A program made the translations under genes and the position numbers. Positions 39,201 to 54,200 of a stretch of DNA of 64,000 nt are shown in pieces. Location of the stretch: the NCBI GenBank assembly GCA_964016885.1, contig OZ024749.1:9424001-9488000 (forward strand). The letters run 5' to 3'. Source of the DNA: Eledone cirrhosa. Lineage: Eukaryota. The notes beneath the pieces are model-generated. The model worked only from the letters and a program-made list of their open reading frames with translations, was not told the origin of the DNA and did no database searches. Position 1 is the first letter of the stretch. Every line of letters starts with the position of its first letter.

Positions 39201-42200
39201 TACTATACCTTCACATCTACTGTGGTTATATTAGTAGGATGTAGTTAAATACTATACCTTCACATCTACTGTAGTTATATTAGTAGGATGTAATTAAATA
39301 CTATACCTTCACATCTACTGTGGTTATATTAGTGGGATGTAGTTAAATACTATACCTTCACATCTACTGTGGTTATATTAGTAGGATGTAGTTAAATACT
39401 ATACCTTCACATCTACTGTGGTTATATTAGTGGGATGTAGTTAAATACTATACCTTCACATCTACTGTGGTTATATTAGTGGGATGTAGTTAAATACTAT
39501 ACCTTCACATCTACTGTGGTTATATTAGTAGGAAATAGTTAAATATTATACCTTCACATCTACTGTGGTTATATTAGTAGGATGTAGTTAAATAATATAC
39601 CTTCACATCTACTGTGGTTATATTAGTAGGAAATAGTTAAATATTATACCTTCACATCTACTGTAGTTATATTAGTAAGAAATAGTTAAATACTATACTT
39701 TCACATCTACTGTGGTTATATTAGTAGGAAATAGTTAAATATTATACCTTCACATCTACTGTGGTTATATTAGTAGGAAATAGTTAAATATTATACCTTC
39801 ACATCTACTGTGGTTATATTAGTAGGAAATAGTGAAATACTATACCTTCACATCTACTGTGGTTATATTAGTGGGATGTAGTTAAATACTACACCTTCAC
39901 ATCTACTGTGGTTATATTAGTAGGAAATAGTTAAATATTATACTTTCACATCTACTGTGGTTATATTAGTAGGAAATAGTTAAATACTACACCTTCACAT
40001 CTACTGTGGTTATATTAGTGGGATGTAGTTCAATATTATACCTTCACATCTACTGTGGTTATATTAGTGGGATGTAGTTAAATATTATACCTTCACATCT
40101 ACTGTGGTTATATTAGTAGGATGTAGTTAATTATTATACCTTCACATCTACTGTAGTTTTATTAGTAGGATATAGGTAAATATTATACCTTCACATCTAC
40201 TGTGGTTATATTAGTAGGATGTAGTTAAATATTATACCTTCACATCTACTGTGGTTATATTAGTAGGAAATAGTTAAATACTATACCTTGACATCTACTG
40301 TGGTTATATTAGTAGGAAATAGTTAAATACTACACCTTCACATCTACTGTGGTTATATTAGTGGGATGTAGTTAAATACTACACCTTCACATCTACTGTG
40401 GTTATATTAGTAGGAAATAGTTAAATATTATACTTTCACATCTACTGTGGTTATATTAGTAGGAAATAGTTAAATACTACACCTTCACATCTACTGTGGT
40501 TATATTAGTGGGATGTAGTTCAATATTATACCTTCACATCTACTGTGGTTATATTAGTGGGATGTAGTTAAATATTATGCCTTCACATCTACTGTGGTTA
40601 TATTAGTGGGATGTAGTTAAGTACTATACCTTCACATCTACTGTGGTTATATTAGTAGGAAATAGTTAAATATTATACCTTCACATCTACTGTGGTTATA
40701 TTAGTGGGATGTAGTTAAATACTATACCTTCACATCTACTGTGGTTATATTAGTAGGATGTAGTTAAATACTATACCTTCAGATCTACTGTGGTTATATT
40801 AGTGGGATGTAGTTAAATACTATAGCTTCACATCTACTGTGGTTATATTAGTGGGATGTAGTTAAATACTATACCTTCACATCTACTGTGGTTATATTAG
40901 TGGGATGTGGTTAAATACTATACTTTCACATCTACTGTGGTTATATTAGTGGGATGTAGTTAAATACTATACCTTCACATCTACTGTGGTTATATTAGTA
41001 GGATGTAGTTAAATATTATACCTTCACATCTACTGTGGTTATATTAGTAGGAAATAGTTAAATATTATACCTTCACATCTCCTGTAGTTATATTAGTAGG
41101 AAATAGTTAAATACTATACCTTCACATCTACTGTGGTTATATTAGTAGGAAATAGTTAAATATTATACCTTCACATCTACTGTGGTTATATTAGTAGGAA
41201 ATAGTTAAATATTATACCTTCACATCCACTGTGGTTATATTAGTAGGAAATAGTTAAATATTATACTTTCACATCTACTGTGGTTATATTAGTAGGAAAT
41301 AGTTAAATACTACACCTTCACATCTACTGTGGTTATATTAGTAGGAAATAGTTAAATACTACACCTTCACATCTACTGTGGTTATATTAGTAGGATGTAG
41401 TTAAATATTATACCTTCACATCTACTGTGGTTATATTAGTGGGATGTAGTTAAATATTATACCTTCACATCTACTGTGGTTATATTAGTAGGATGTAGTT
41501 AATTATTATACCTTCACATCTACTTTAGTTATATTAGTAGGAAATAGGTAAATATTATACCTTCACATCTACTGTGGTTATATTAGTGGGATGTAGTTAA
41601 ATACTATACCTTCACATCTACTGTGGTTATATTAGTAGGATGTAGTTAAATATTATACCTTCACATCTACTGTGGTTATATTAGTAGGAAATAGTTAAAT
41701 ACTATACCTTCACATCTGCTCTGGTTATATTAGTAGGAAATAGTTAAATACTACACCTTCACATCTACTGTGGTTATATTAATAGGAAATAGTTAAATAT
41801 TATACCTTCATATCTACTGTAGTTATATTAGTAGGAAATAGTTAAATACTATACCTTCACATCTACTGTGGTTATATTAGTAGGAAATAGTTAAATATTA
41901 TACCTTCACATCTACTGTGGTTATATTAGTAGGAAATAGTTTAATACTATACCTTCATATCTACTGTAGTTATATTAGTAGGAAATAGTTAAATACTATA
42001 CCTTCACATCTACTGTGGTTATATTAGTAGGAAATAGTTAAATACTACACCTTCACATCTACTGTGGTTATATTAGTGGGATGTAGTTAAATATTATACC
42101 TTCACATCTACTGTGGTTATATTAGTGGGATGTAGTTAAATATTATACCTTCACATCTACTGTGGTTATATTAGTGGGATGTAGTTAAGTACTATACCTT

Positions 42201-45200
42201 CACATCTACTGTGGTTATATTGGTGGGATGTAGTTAAATACTATACCTTCACATCTACTGTGGTTATATTAGTAGGAAATAGTTAAATACTATACCTTCA
42301 CATCTACTGTGGTTATATTAGTAGGAAATAGTTAAATATTATACCTTCACATCTACTGTGGTTATATTAGTAGGAAATAGTTAAATATTATACCTTCACA
42401 TCCACTGTGGTTATATTAGTAGGAAATAGTTAAATATTATACTTTCACATCTACTGTGGTTATATTAGTAGGAAATAGTTAAATACTACACCTTCACATC
42501 TACTGTGGTTATATTAGTAGGAAATAGTTAAATACTACACCTTCACATCTACTGTGGTTATATTAGTAGGAAATAGTTAAATACTACACCTTCACATCTA
42601 CTGTGGTTATATTAGTGGGATGTAGTTAAATATTATACCTTCACATCTACTGTGGTTATATTAGTAGGATGTAGTTAATTATTATACCTTCACATCTACT
42701 TTAGTTATATTAGTAGGAAATAGGTAAATATTATACCTTCACATCTACTGTGGTTATATTAGTAGGAAATAGTTAAATATTATACCTTCACATCTACTGT
42801 GGTTATATAAGTGGGATGTAGTTAAATACTATACCTTCACATCTACTGTGGTTATATTAGTAGGAAATAGTTAAATACTATACCTTCACGTCTACTGTGG
42901 TTATATTAGTAGGATGTAGTTAAATATTATACCTTCGCATCTACTGTGGTTATATTAGTAGGAAATAGTTAAATACTATACCTTCACATCTACTGTGGTT
43001 ATATTAGTAGGAAATAGTTAAATACTACACCTTCACATCTACTGTGGTTTTATTAATAGGAAATAGTTAAATATTATACCTTCATATCTACTGTAGTTAT
43101 ATTAGTAGGAAATAGTTAAATACTATACCTTCACATCTACTGTGGTTATATTAGTAGGAAATAGTGAAATATTATACCTTCACATCTACTGTGGTTATAT
43201 TAGTGGGATGTAGTTAAATACTATACCTTCACATCTACTGTGGTTATATTAGTAGGATGTAGTTAAATACTATACCTTCACATCTACTGTAGTTATATTA
43301 GTAGGATGTAATTAAATACTATACCTTCACATCTACTGTGGTTATATTAGTGGGATGTAGTTAAATACTATACCTTCACATCTACTGTGGTTATATTAGT
43401 AGGATGTAGTTAAATACTATACCTTCACATCTACTGTGGTTATATTAGTGGGATGTAGTTAAATACTATACCTTCACATCTACTGTGGTTATATTAGTGG
43501 GATGTAGTTAAATACTATACCTTCACATCTACTGTGGTTATATTAGTAGGAAATAGTTAAATATTATACCTTCACATCTACTGTGGTTATATTAGTAGGA
43601 TGTAGTTAAATAATATACCTTCACATCTACTGTGGTTATATTAGTAGGAAATAGTTAAATATTATACCTTCACATCTACTGTAGTTATATTAGTAAGAAA
43701 TAGTTAAATACTATACTTTCACATCTACTGTGGTTATATTAGTAGGAAATAGTTAAATATTATACCTTCACATCTACTGTGGTTATATTAGTAGGAAATA
43801 GTTAAATATTATACCTTCACATCTACTGTGGTTATATTAGTAGGAAATAGTGAAATACTATACCTTCACATCTACTGTGGTTATATTAGTGGGATGTAGT
43901 TAAATACTACACCTTCACATCTACTGTGGTTATATTAGTAGGAAATAGTTAAATATTATACTTTCACATCTACTGTGGTTATATTAGTAGGAAATAGTTA
44001 AATACTACACCTTCACATCTACTGTGGTTATATTAGTGGGATGTAGTTCAATATTATACCTTCACATCTACTGTGGTTATATTAGTGGGATGTAGTTAAA
44101 TATTATACCTTCACATCTACTGTGGTTATATTAGTAGGATGTAGTTAATTATTATACCTTCACATCTACTGTAGTTTTATTAGTAGGATATAGGTAAATA
44201 TTATACCTTCACATCTACTGTGGTTATATTAGTAGGATGTAGTTAAATATTATACCTTCACATCTACTGTGGTTATATTAGTAGGAAATAGTTAAATACT
44301 ATACCTTGACATCTACTGTGGTTATATTAGTAGGAAATAGTTAAATACTACACCTTCACATCTACTGTGGTTATATTAGTGGGATGTAGTTAAATACTAC
44401 ACCTTCACATCTACTGTGGTTATATTAGTAGGAAATAGTTAAATATTATACTTTCACATCTACTGTGGTTATATTAGTAGGAAATAGTTAAATACTACAC
44501 CTTCACATCTACTGTGGTTATATTAGTGGGATGTAGTTCAATATTATACCTTCACATCTACTGTGGTTATATTAGTGGGATGTAGTTAAATATTATGCCT
44601 TCACATCTACTGTGGTTATATTAGTGGGATGTAGTTAAGTACTATACCTTCACATCTACTGTGGTTATATTAGTAGGAAATAGTTAAATATTATACCTTC
44701 ACATCTACTGTGGTTATATTAGTGGGATGTAGTTAAATACTATACCTTCACATCTACTGTGGTTATATTAGTAGGATGTAGTTAAATACTATACCTTCAG
44801 ATCTACTGTGGTTATATTAGTGGGATGTAGTTAAATACTATAGCTTCACATCTACTGTGGTTATATTAGTGGGATGTAGTTAAATACTATACCTTCACAT
44901 CTACTGTGGTTATATTAGTGGGATGTGGTTAAATACTATACTTTCACATCTACTGTGGTTATATTAGTGGGATGTAGTTAAATACTATACCTTCACATCT
45001 ACTGTGGTTATATTAGTAGGATGTAGTTAAATATTATACCTTCACATCTACTGTGGTTATATTAGTAGGAAATAGTTAAATATTATACCTTCACATCTCC
45101 TGTAGTTATATTAGTAGGAAATAGTTAAATACTATACCTTCACATCTACTGTGGTTATATTAGTAGGAAATAGTTAAATATTATACCTTCACATCTACTG

Positions 45201-48200
45201 TGGTTATATTAGTAGGAAATAGTTAAATATTATACCTTCACATCCACTGTGGTTATATTAGTAGGAAATAGTTAAATATTATACTTTCACATCTACTGTG
45301 GTTATATTAGTAGGAAATAGTTAAATACTACACCTTCACATCTACTGTGGTTATATTAGTAGGAAATAGTTAAATACTACACCTTCACATCTACTGTGGT
45401 TATATTAGTAGGATGTAGTTAAATATTATACCTTCACATCTACTGTGGTTATATTAGTGGGATGTAGTTAAATATTATACCTTCACATCTACTGTGGTTA
45501 TATTAGTAGGATGTAGTTAATTATTATACCTTCACATCTACTTTAGTTATATTAGTAGGAAATAGGTAAATATTATACCTTCACATCTACTGTGGTTATA
45601 TTAGTGGGATGTAGTTAAATACTATACCTTCACATCTACTGTGGTTATATTAGTAGGATGTAGTTAAATATTATACCTTCACATCTACTGTGGTTATATT
45701 AGTAGGAAATAGTTAAATACTATACCTTCACATCTGCTCTGGTTATATTAGTAGGAAATAGTTAAATACTACACCTTCACATCTACTGTGGTTATATTAA
45801 TAGGAAATAGTTAAATATTATACCTTCATATCTACTGTAGTTATATTAGTAGGAAATAGTTAAATACTATACCTTCACATCTACTGTGGTTATATTAGTA
45901 GGAAATAGTTAAATATTATACCTTCACATCTACTGTGGTTATATTAGTAGGAAATAGTTTAATACTATACCTTCATATCTACTGTAGTTATATTAGTAGG
46001 AAATAGTTAAATACTATACCTTCACATCTACTGTGGTTATATTAGTAGGAAATAGTTAAATACTACACCTTCACATCTACTGTGGTTATATTAGTGGGAT
46101 GTAGTTAAATATTATACCTTCACATCTACTGTGGTTATATTAGTGGGATGTAGTTAAATATTATACCTTCACATCTACTGTGGTTATATTAGTGGGATGT
46201 AGTTAAGTACTATACCTTCACATCTACTGTGGTTATATTGGTGGGATGTAGTTAAATACTATACCTTCACATCTACTGTGGTTATATTAGTAGGAAATAG
46301 TTAAATATTATACCTTCACATCTACTGTGGTTATATTAGTGGGATGTAGTTAAATACTATACCTTCACATCTACTGTGGTTATATTAGTAGGATGTAGTT
46401 AAATACTATACCTTCACATCTACTGTGGTTATATTAGTGGGATGTAGTTAAATACTATACCTTCACATCTACTGTGGTTATATTAGTAGGATGTAGTTAA
46501 ATACTATACCTTCAGATCTACTGTGGTTATATTAGTGGGATGTAGTTAAATACTATACCTTCACGTCTACTGTGGTTATATTAGTGGGATGTAGTTAAAT
46601 ACTATACCTTCACATCTACTGTGGTTATATTAGTAGGAAATAGTTAAATATTATACCATCACATCTACTGTGGTTATATTAGTAGGATGTAGTTAAATAT
46701 TATACCTTCGCATCTACTGTGGTTATATTAGTAGGAAATAGTTAAATACTATACCTTCACATCTACTGTGGTTAAATTAGTAGGAAATAGTTAAATACTA
46801 CACCTTCACATCTACTGTGGTTTTATTAATAGGAAATAGTTAAATATTATACCTTCATATCTACTGTAGTTATATTAGTAGGAAATAGTTAAATACTATA
46901 CCTTCACATCTACTGTGGTTATATTAGTAGGAAATAGTGAAATATTATACCTTCACATCTACTGTGGTTATATTAGTGGGATGTAGTTAAATACTATACC
47001 TTCACATCTACTGTGGTTATATTAGTAGGATGTAGTTAAATACTATACCTTCACATCTACTGTAGTTATATTAGTAGGATGTAATTAAATACTATACCTT
47101 CACATCTACTGTGGTTATATTAGTGGGATGTAGTTAAATACTATACCTTCACATCTACTGTGGTTATATTAGTAGGATGTAGTTAAATACTATACCTTCA
47201 CATCTACTGTGGTTATATTAGTGGGATGTAGTTAAATACTATACCTTCACATCTACTGTGGTTATATTAGTGGGATGTAGTTAAATACTATACCTTCACA
47301 TCTACTGTGGTTATATTAGTAGGAAATAGTTAAATATTATACCTTCACATCTACTGTGGTTATATTAGTAGGATGTAGTTAAATAATATACCTTCACATC
47401 TACTGTGGTTATATTAGTAGGAAATAGTTAAATATTATACCTTCACATCTACTGTAGTTATATTAGTAAGAAATAGTTAAATACTATACTTTCACATCTA
47501 CTGTGGTTATATTAGTAGGAAATAGTTAAATATTATACCTTCACATCTACTGTGGTTATATTAGTAGGAAATAGTTAAATATTATACCTTCACATCTACT
47601 GTGGTTATATTAGTAGGAAATAGTGAAATACTATACCTTCACATCTACTGTGGTTATATTAGTGGGATGTAGTTAAATACTACACCTTCACATCTACTGT
47701 GGTTATATTAGTAGGAAATAGTTAAATATTATACTTTCACATCTACTGTGGTTATATTAGTAGGAAATAGTTAAATACTACACCTTCACATCTACTGTGG
47801 TTATATTAGTGGGATGTAGTTCAATATTATACCTTCACATCTACTGTGGTTATATTAGTGGGATGTAGTTAAATATTATACCTTCACATCTACTGTGGTT
47901 ATATTAGTAGGATGTAGTTAATTATTATACCTTCACATCTACTGTAGTTTTATTAGTAGGATATAGGTAAATATTATACCTTCACATCTACTGTGGTTAT
48001 ATTAGTAGGATGTAGTTAAATATTATACCTTCACATCTACTGTGGTTATATTAGTAGGAAATAGTTAAATACTATACCTTGACATCTACTGTGGTTATAT
48101 TAGTAGGAAATAGTTAAATACTACACCTTCACATCTACTGTGGTTATATTAGTGGGATGTAGTTAAATACTACACCTTCACATCTACTGTGGTTATATTA

Positions 48201-51200
48201 GTAGGAAATAGTTAAATATTATACTTTCACATCTACTGTGGTTATATTAGTAGGAAATAGTTAAATACTACACCTTCACATCTACTGTGGTTATATTAGT
48301 GGGATGTAGTTCAATATTATACCTTCACATCTGCTGTGGTTATATTAGTGGGATGTAGTTAAATATTATGCCTTCACATCTACTGTGGTTATATTAGTGG
48401 GATGTAGTTAAGTACTATACCTTCACATCTACTGTGGTTATATTAGTAGGAAATAGTTAAATATTATACCTTCACATCTACTGTGGTTATATTAGTGGGA
48501 TGTAGTTAAATACTATACCTTCACATCTACTGTGGTTATATTAGTAGGATGTAGTTAAATACTATACCTTCAGATCTACTGTGGTTATATTAGTGGGATG
48601 TAGTTAAATACTATAGCTTCACATCTACTGTGGTTATATTAGTGGGATGTAGTTAAATACTATACCTTCACATCTACTGTGGTTATATTAGTGGGATGTG
48701 GTTAAATACTATACTTTCACATCTACTGTGGTTATATTAGTGGGATGTAGTTAAATACTATACCTTCACATCTACTGTGGTTATATTAGTAGGATGTAGT
48801 TAAATATTATACCTTCACATCTACTGTGGTTATATTAGTAGGAAATAGTTAAATATTATACCTTCACATCTCCTGTAGTTATATTAGTAGGAAATAGTTA
48901 AATACTATACCTTCACATCTACTGTGGTTATATTAGTAGGAAATAGTTAAATATTATACCTTCACATCTACTGTGGTTATATTAGTAGGAAATAGTTAAA
49001 TATTATACCTTCACATCCACTGTGGTTATATTAGTAGGAAATAGTTAAATATTATACTTTCACATCTACTGTGGTTATATTAGTAGGAAATAGTTAAATA
49101 CTACACCTTCACATCTACTGTGGTTATATTAGTAGGAAATAGTTAAATACTACACCTTCACATCTACTGTGGTTATATTAGTAGGATGTAGTTAAATATT
49201 ATACCTTCACATCTACTGTGGTTATATTAGTGGGATGTAGTTAAATATTATACCTTCACATCTACTGTGGTTATATTAGTAGGATGTAGTTAATTATTAT
49301 ACCTTCACATCTACTTTAGTTATATTAGTAGGAAATAGGTAAATATTATACCTTCACATCTACTGTGGTTATATTAGCAGGAAATAGTTAAATATTATAC
49401 CTTCACATCTACTGTGGTTATATTAGTGGGATGTAGTTAAATACTATACCTTCACATCTACTGTGGTTATATTAGTAGGATGTAGTTAAATATTATACCT
49501 TCACATCTACTGTGGTTATATTAGTAGGAAATAGTTAAATACTATACCTTCACATCTGCTCTGGTTATATTAGTAGGAAATAGTTAAATACTACACCTTC
49601 ACATCTACTGTGGTTATATTAATAGGAAATAGTTAAATATTATACCTTCATATCTACTGTAGTTATATTAGTAGGAAATAGTTAAATACTATACCTTCAC
49701 ATCTACTGTGGTTATATTAGTAGGAAATAGTTAAATATTATACCTTCACATCTACTGTGGTTATATTAGTAGGAAATAGTTTAATACTATACCTTCATAT
49801 CTACTGTAGTTATATTAGTAGGAAATAGTTAAATACTATACCTTCACATCTACTGTGGTTATATTAGTAGGAAATAGTTAAATACTACACCTTCACATCT
49901 ACTGTGGTTATATTAGTGGGATGTAGTTAAATATTATACCTTCACATCTACTGTGGTTATATTAGTGGGATGTAGTTAAATATTATACCTTCACATCTAC
50001 TGTGGTTATATTAGTGGGATGTAGTTAAGTACTATACCTTCACATCTACTGTGGTTATATTGGTGGGATGTAGTTAAATACTATACCTTCACATCTACTG
50101 TGGTTATATTAGTAGGAAATAGTTAAATATTATACCTTAACATCTACTGTGGTTATATTAGTGGGATGTAGTTAAATACTATACCTTCACATCTACTGTG
50201 GTTATATTAGTAGGATGTAGTTAAATACTATACCTTCACATCTACTGTGGTTATATTAGTGGGATGTAGTTAAATACTATACCTTCACATCTACTGTGGT
50301 TATATTAGTAGGATGTAGTTAAATACTATACCTTCAGATCTACTGTGGTTATATTAGTGGGATGTAGTTAAATACTATACCTTCACGTCTACTGTGGTTA
50401 TATTAGTGGGATGTAGTTAAATACTATACCTTCACATCTACTGTGGTTATATTAGTAGGAAATAGTTAAATATTATACCATCACATCTACTGTGGTTATA
50501 TTAGTGGGATGTAGTTAAGTACTATACCTTCACATCTACTGTGGTTATATTAGTGGCATGTAGTTAAATACTATACCTTCACATCTACAGTGGTTATATT
50601 AGTGGGATGTAGTTAAATACTATACTTTCACATCTACTGTGGTTATATTAGTGGGATGTAGTTAAATACTATACCTTCAGATCTACTGTGGTTATATTAG
50701 TGGGATGTAGTTAAATACTATAGCTTCACATCTACTGTGGTTATATTAGTGGGATGTAGTTAAATACTATACCTTCACATCTACTGTGGTTATATTAGTG
50801 GGATGTGGTTAAATACTATACTTTCACATCTACTGTGGTTATATTAGTGGGATGTAGTTAAATACTATACCTTCACATCTACTGTGGTTATATTAGTAGG
50901 ATGTAGTTAAATATTATACCTTCACATCTACTGTGGTTATATTAGTAGGAAATAGTTAAATATTATACCTTCACATCTCCTGTAGTTATATTAGTAGGAA
51001 ATAGTTAAATACTATACCTTCACATCTACTGTGGTTATATTAGTAGGAAATAGTTAAATATTATACCTTCACATCTACTGTGGTTATATTAGTAGGAAAT
51101 AGTTAAATATTATACCTTCACATCCACTGTGGTTATATTAGTAGGAAATAGTTAAATATTATACTTTCACATCTACTGTGGTTATATTAGTAGGAAATAG

Positions 51201-54200
51201 TTAAATACTACACCTTCACATCTACTGTGGTTATATTAGTAGGAAATAGTTAAATACTACACCTTCACATCTACTGTGGTTATATTAGTAGGATGTAGTT
51301 AAATATTATACCTTCACATCTACTGTGGTTATATTAGTGGGATGTAGTTAAATATTATACCTTCACATCTACTGTGGTTATATTAGTAGGATGTAGTTAA
51401 TTATTATACCTTCACATCTACTTTAGTTATATTAGTAGGAAATAGGTAAATATTATACCTTCACATCTACTGTGGTTATATTAGCAGGAAATAGTTAAAT
51501 ATTATACCTTCACATCTACTGTGGTTATATTAGTGGGATGTAGTTAAATACTATACCTTCACATCTACTGTGGTTATATTAGTAGGATGTAGTTAAATAT
51601 TATACCTTCACATCTACTGTGGTTATATTAGTAGGAAATAGTTAAATACTATACCTTCACATCTGCTCTGGTTATATTAGTAGGAAATAGTTAAATACTA
51701 CACCTTCACATCTACTGTGGTTATATTAATAGGAAATAGTTAAATATTATACCTTCATATCTACTGTAGTTATATTAGTAGGAAATAGTTAAATACTATA
51801 CCTTCACATCTACTGTGGTTATATTAGTAGGAAATAGTTAAATATTATACCTTCACATCTACTGTGGTTATATTAGTAGGAAATAGTTTAATACTATACC
51901 TTCATATCTACTGTAGTTATATTAGTAGGAAATAGTTAAATACTATACCTTCACATCTACTGTGGTTATATTAGTAGGAAATAGTTAAATACTACACCTT
52001 CACATCTACTGTGGTTATATTAGTGGGATGTAGTTAAATATTATACCTTCACATCTACTGTGGTTATATTAGTGGGATGTAGTTAAATATTATACCTTCA
52101 CATCTACTGTGGTTATATTAGTGGGATGTAGTTAAGTACTATACCTTCACATCTACTGTGGTTATATTGGTGGGATGTAGTTAAATACTATACCTTCACA
52201 TCTACTGTGGTTATATTAGTAGGAAATAGTTAAATATTATACCTTCACATCTACTGTGGTTATATTAGTGGGATGTAGTTAAATACTATACCTTCACATC
52301 TACTGTGGTTATATTAGTAGGATGTAGTTAAATACTATACCTTCACATCTACTGTGGTTATATTAGTGGGATGTAGTTAAATACTATACCTTCACATCTA
52401 CTGTGGTTATATTAGTAGGATGTAGTTAAATACTATACCTTCAGATCTACTGTGGTTATATTAGTGGGATGTAGTTAAATACTATACCTTCACGTCTACT
52501 GTGGTTATATTAGTGGGATGTAGTTAAATACTATACCTTCACATCTACTGTGGTTATATTAGTAGGAAATAGTTAAATATTATACCATCACATCTACTGT
52601 GGTTATATTAGTGGGATGTAGTTAAGTACTATACCTTCACATCTACTGTGGTTATATTAGTGGCATGTAGTTAAATACTATACCTTCACATCTACAGTGG
52701 TTATATTAGTGGGATGTAGTTAAATACTATACTTTCACATCTACTGTGGTTATATTAGTGGGATGTAGTTAAATACTATACCTTCACATCTACTGTGGTT
52801 ATATTAGTAGGAAATAGTTAAATACTACACCTTCACATCTACTGTGGTTATATTAGTGGGATGTAGTTAAATATTATACCTTCACATCTACTGTGGTTAT
52901 ATTAGTGGGATGTAGTTAAATATTATACCTTCACATCTACTGTGGTTATATTAGTGGGATGTAGTTAAGTACTATACCTTCACATCTACTGTGGTTATAT
53001 TAGTAGGAAATAGTTAAATATTATACCTTCACATCTACTGTGGTTATATTAGTGGGATGTAGTTAAATACTATACCTTCACATCTACTGTGGTTATATTA
53101 GTAGGATGTAGTTAAATACTATACCTTCAGATCTACTGTGGTTATATTAGTGGGATGTAGTTAAATACTATACCTTCACGTCTACTGTGGTTATATTAGT
53201 GGGATGTAGTTAAATACTATACCTTCACATCTACTGTGGTTATATTAGTAGGAAATAGTTAAATATTATACCATCACATCTACTGTGGTTATATTAGTGG
53301 GATGTAGTTAAGTACCATACCTTCACATCTACTGTGGTTATATTAGTGGGATGTAGTTAAATACTATACCTTCACATCTACTGTGGTTATATTAGTGGGA
53401 TGTAGTTAAATACTATACTTTCACATCTACTGTGGTTATATTAGTGGGATGCAGTTAAATACTATACCTTCACATCTACTGTGGTTATATTAGTAGGATG
53501 TAGTTAAATATTATACCTTCACATCTACTGTGGTTATATTAGTAGGAAATAGTTAAATATTATACCTTCACATCTACTGTAGTTATATTAGTAGGAAATA
53601 GTTAAATACTATACCTTCACATCTACTGTGGTTATCTTAGTAGGAAATAGTTAAATATTATACCTTCACATCCACTGTGGTTATATTAGTAGGAAATAGT
53701 TAAATATTATTCTTTCACATCTACTGTGGTTACATTAGTAGGAAATAGTTAAATACTACACCTTCACATCTACTGTGGTTATATTAGTAGGAAATAGTTA
53801 AATACTACACCTTCACATCTACTGTGGTTATATTAGTAGGATGTAGTTAAATATTATACCTTCACATCTACTGTGGTTATATTAGTGGGATGTAGTTAAA
53901 TATTATACCTTCACATCTACTGTGGTTATATTAGTAGGATGTAGTTAATTATTATACCCTCACATCTACTTTAGTTATATTAGTAGGAAATAGGTAAATA
54001 TTATACCTTCACATCTACTGTGGTTATATTAGTAGGAAATAGTTAAATATTATACCTTCACATCTACTGTGGTTATATTAATGGGATGTAGTTAAATACT
54101 ATACCTTCACATCTACTGTGGTTATATTAGTAGGAAATAGTTAAATACTATACCTTCACGTCTACTGTGGTTATATTAGTAGGATGTAGTTAAATATTAT

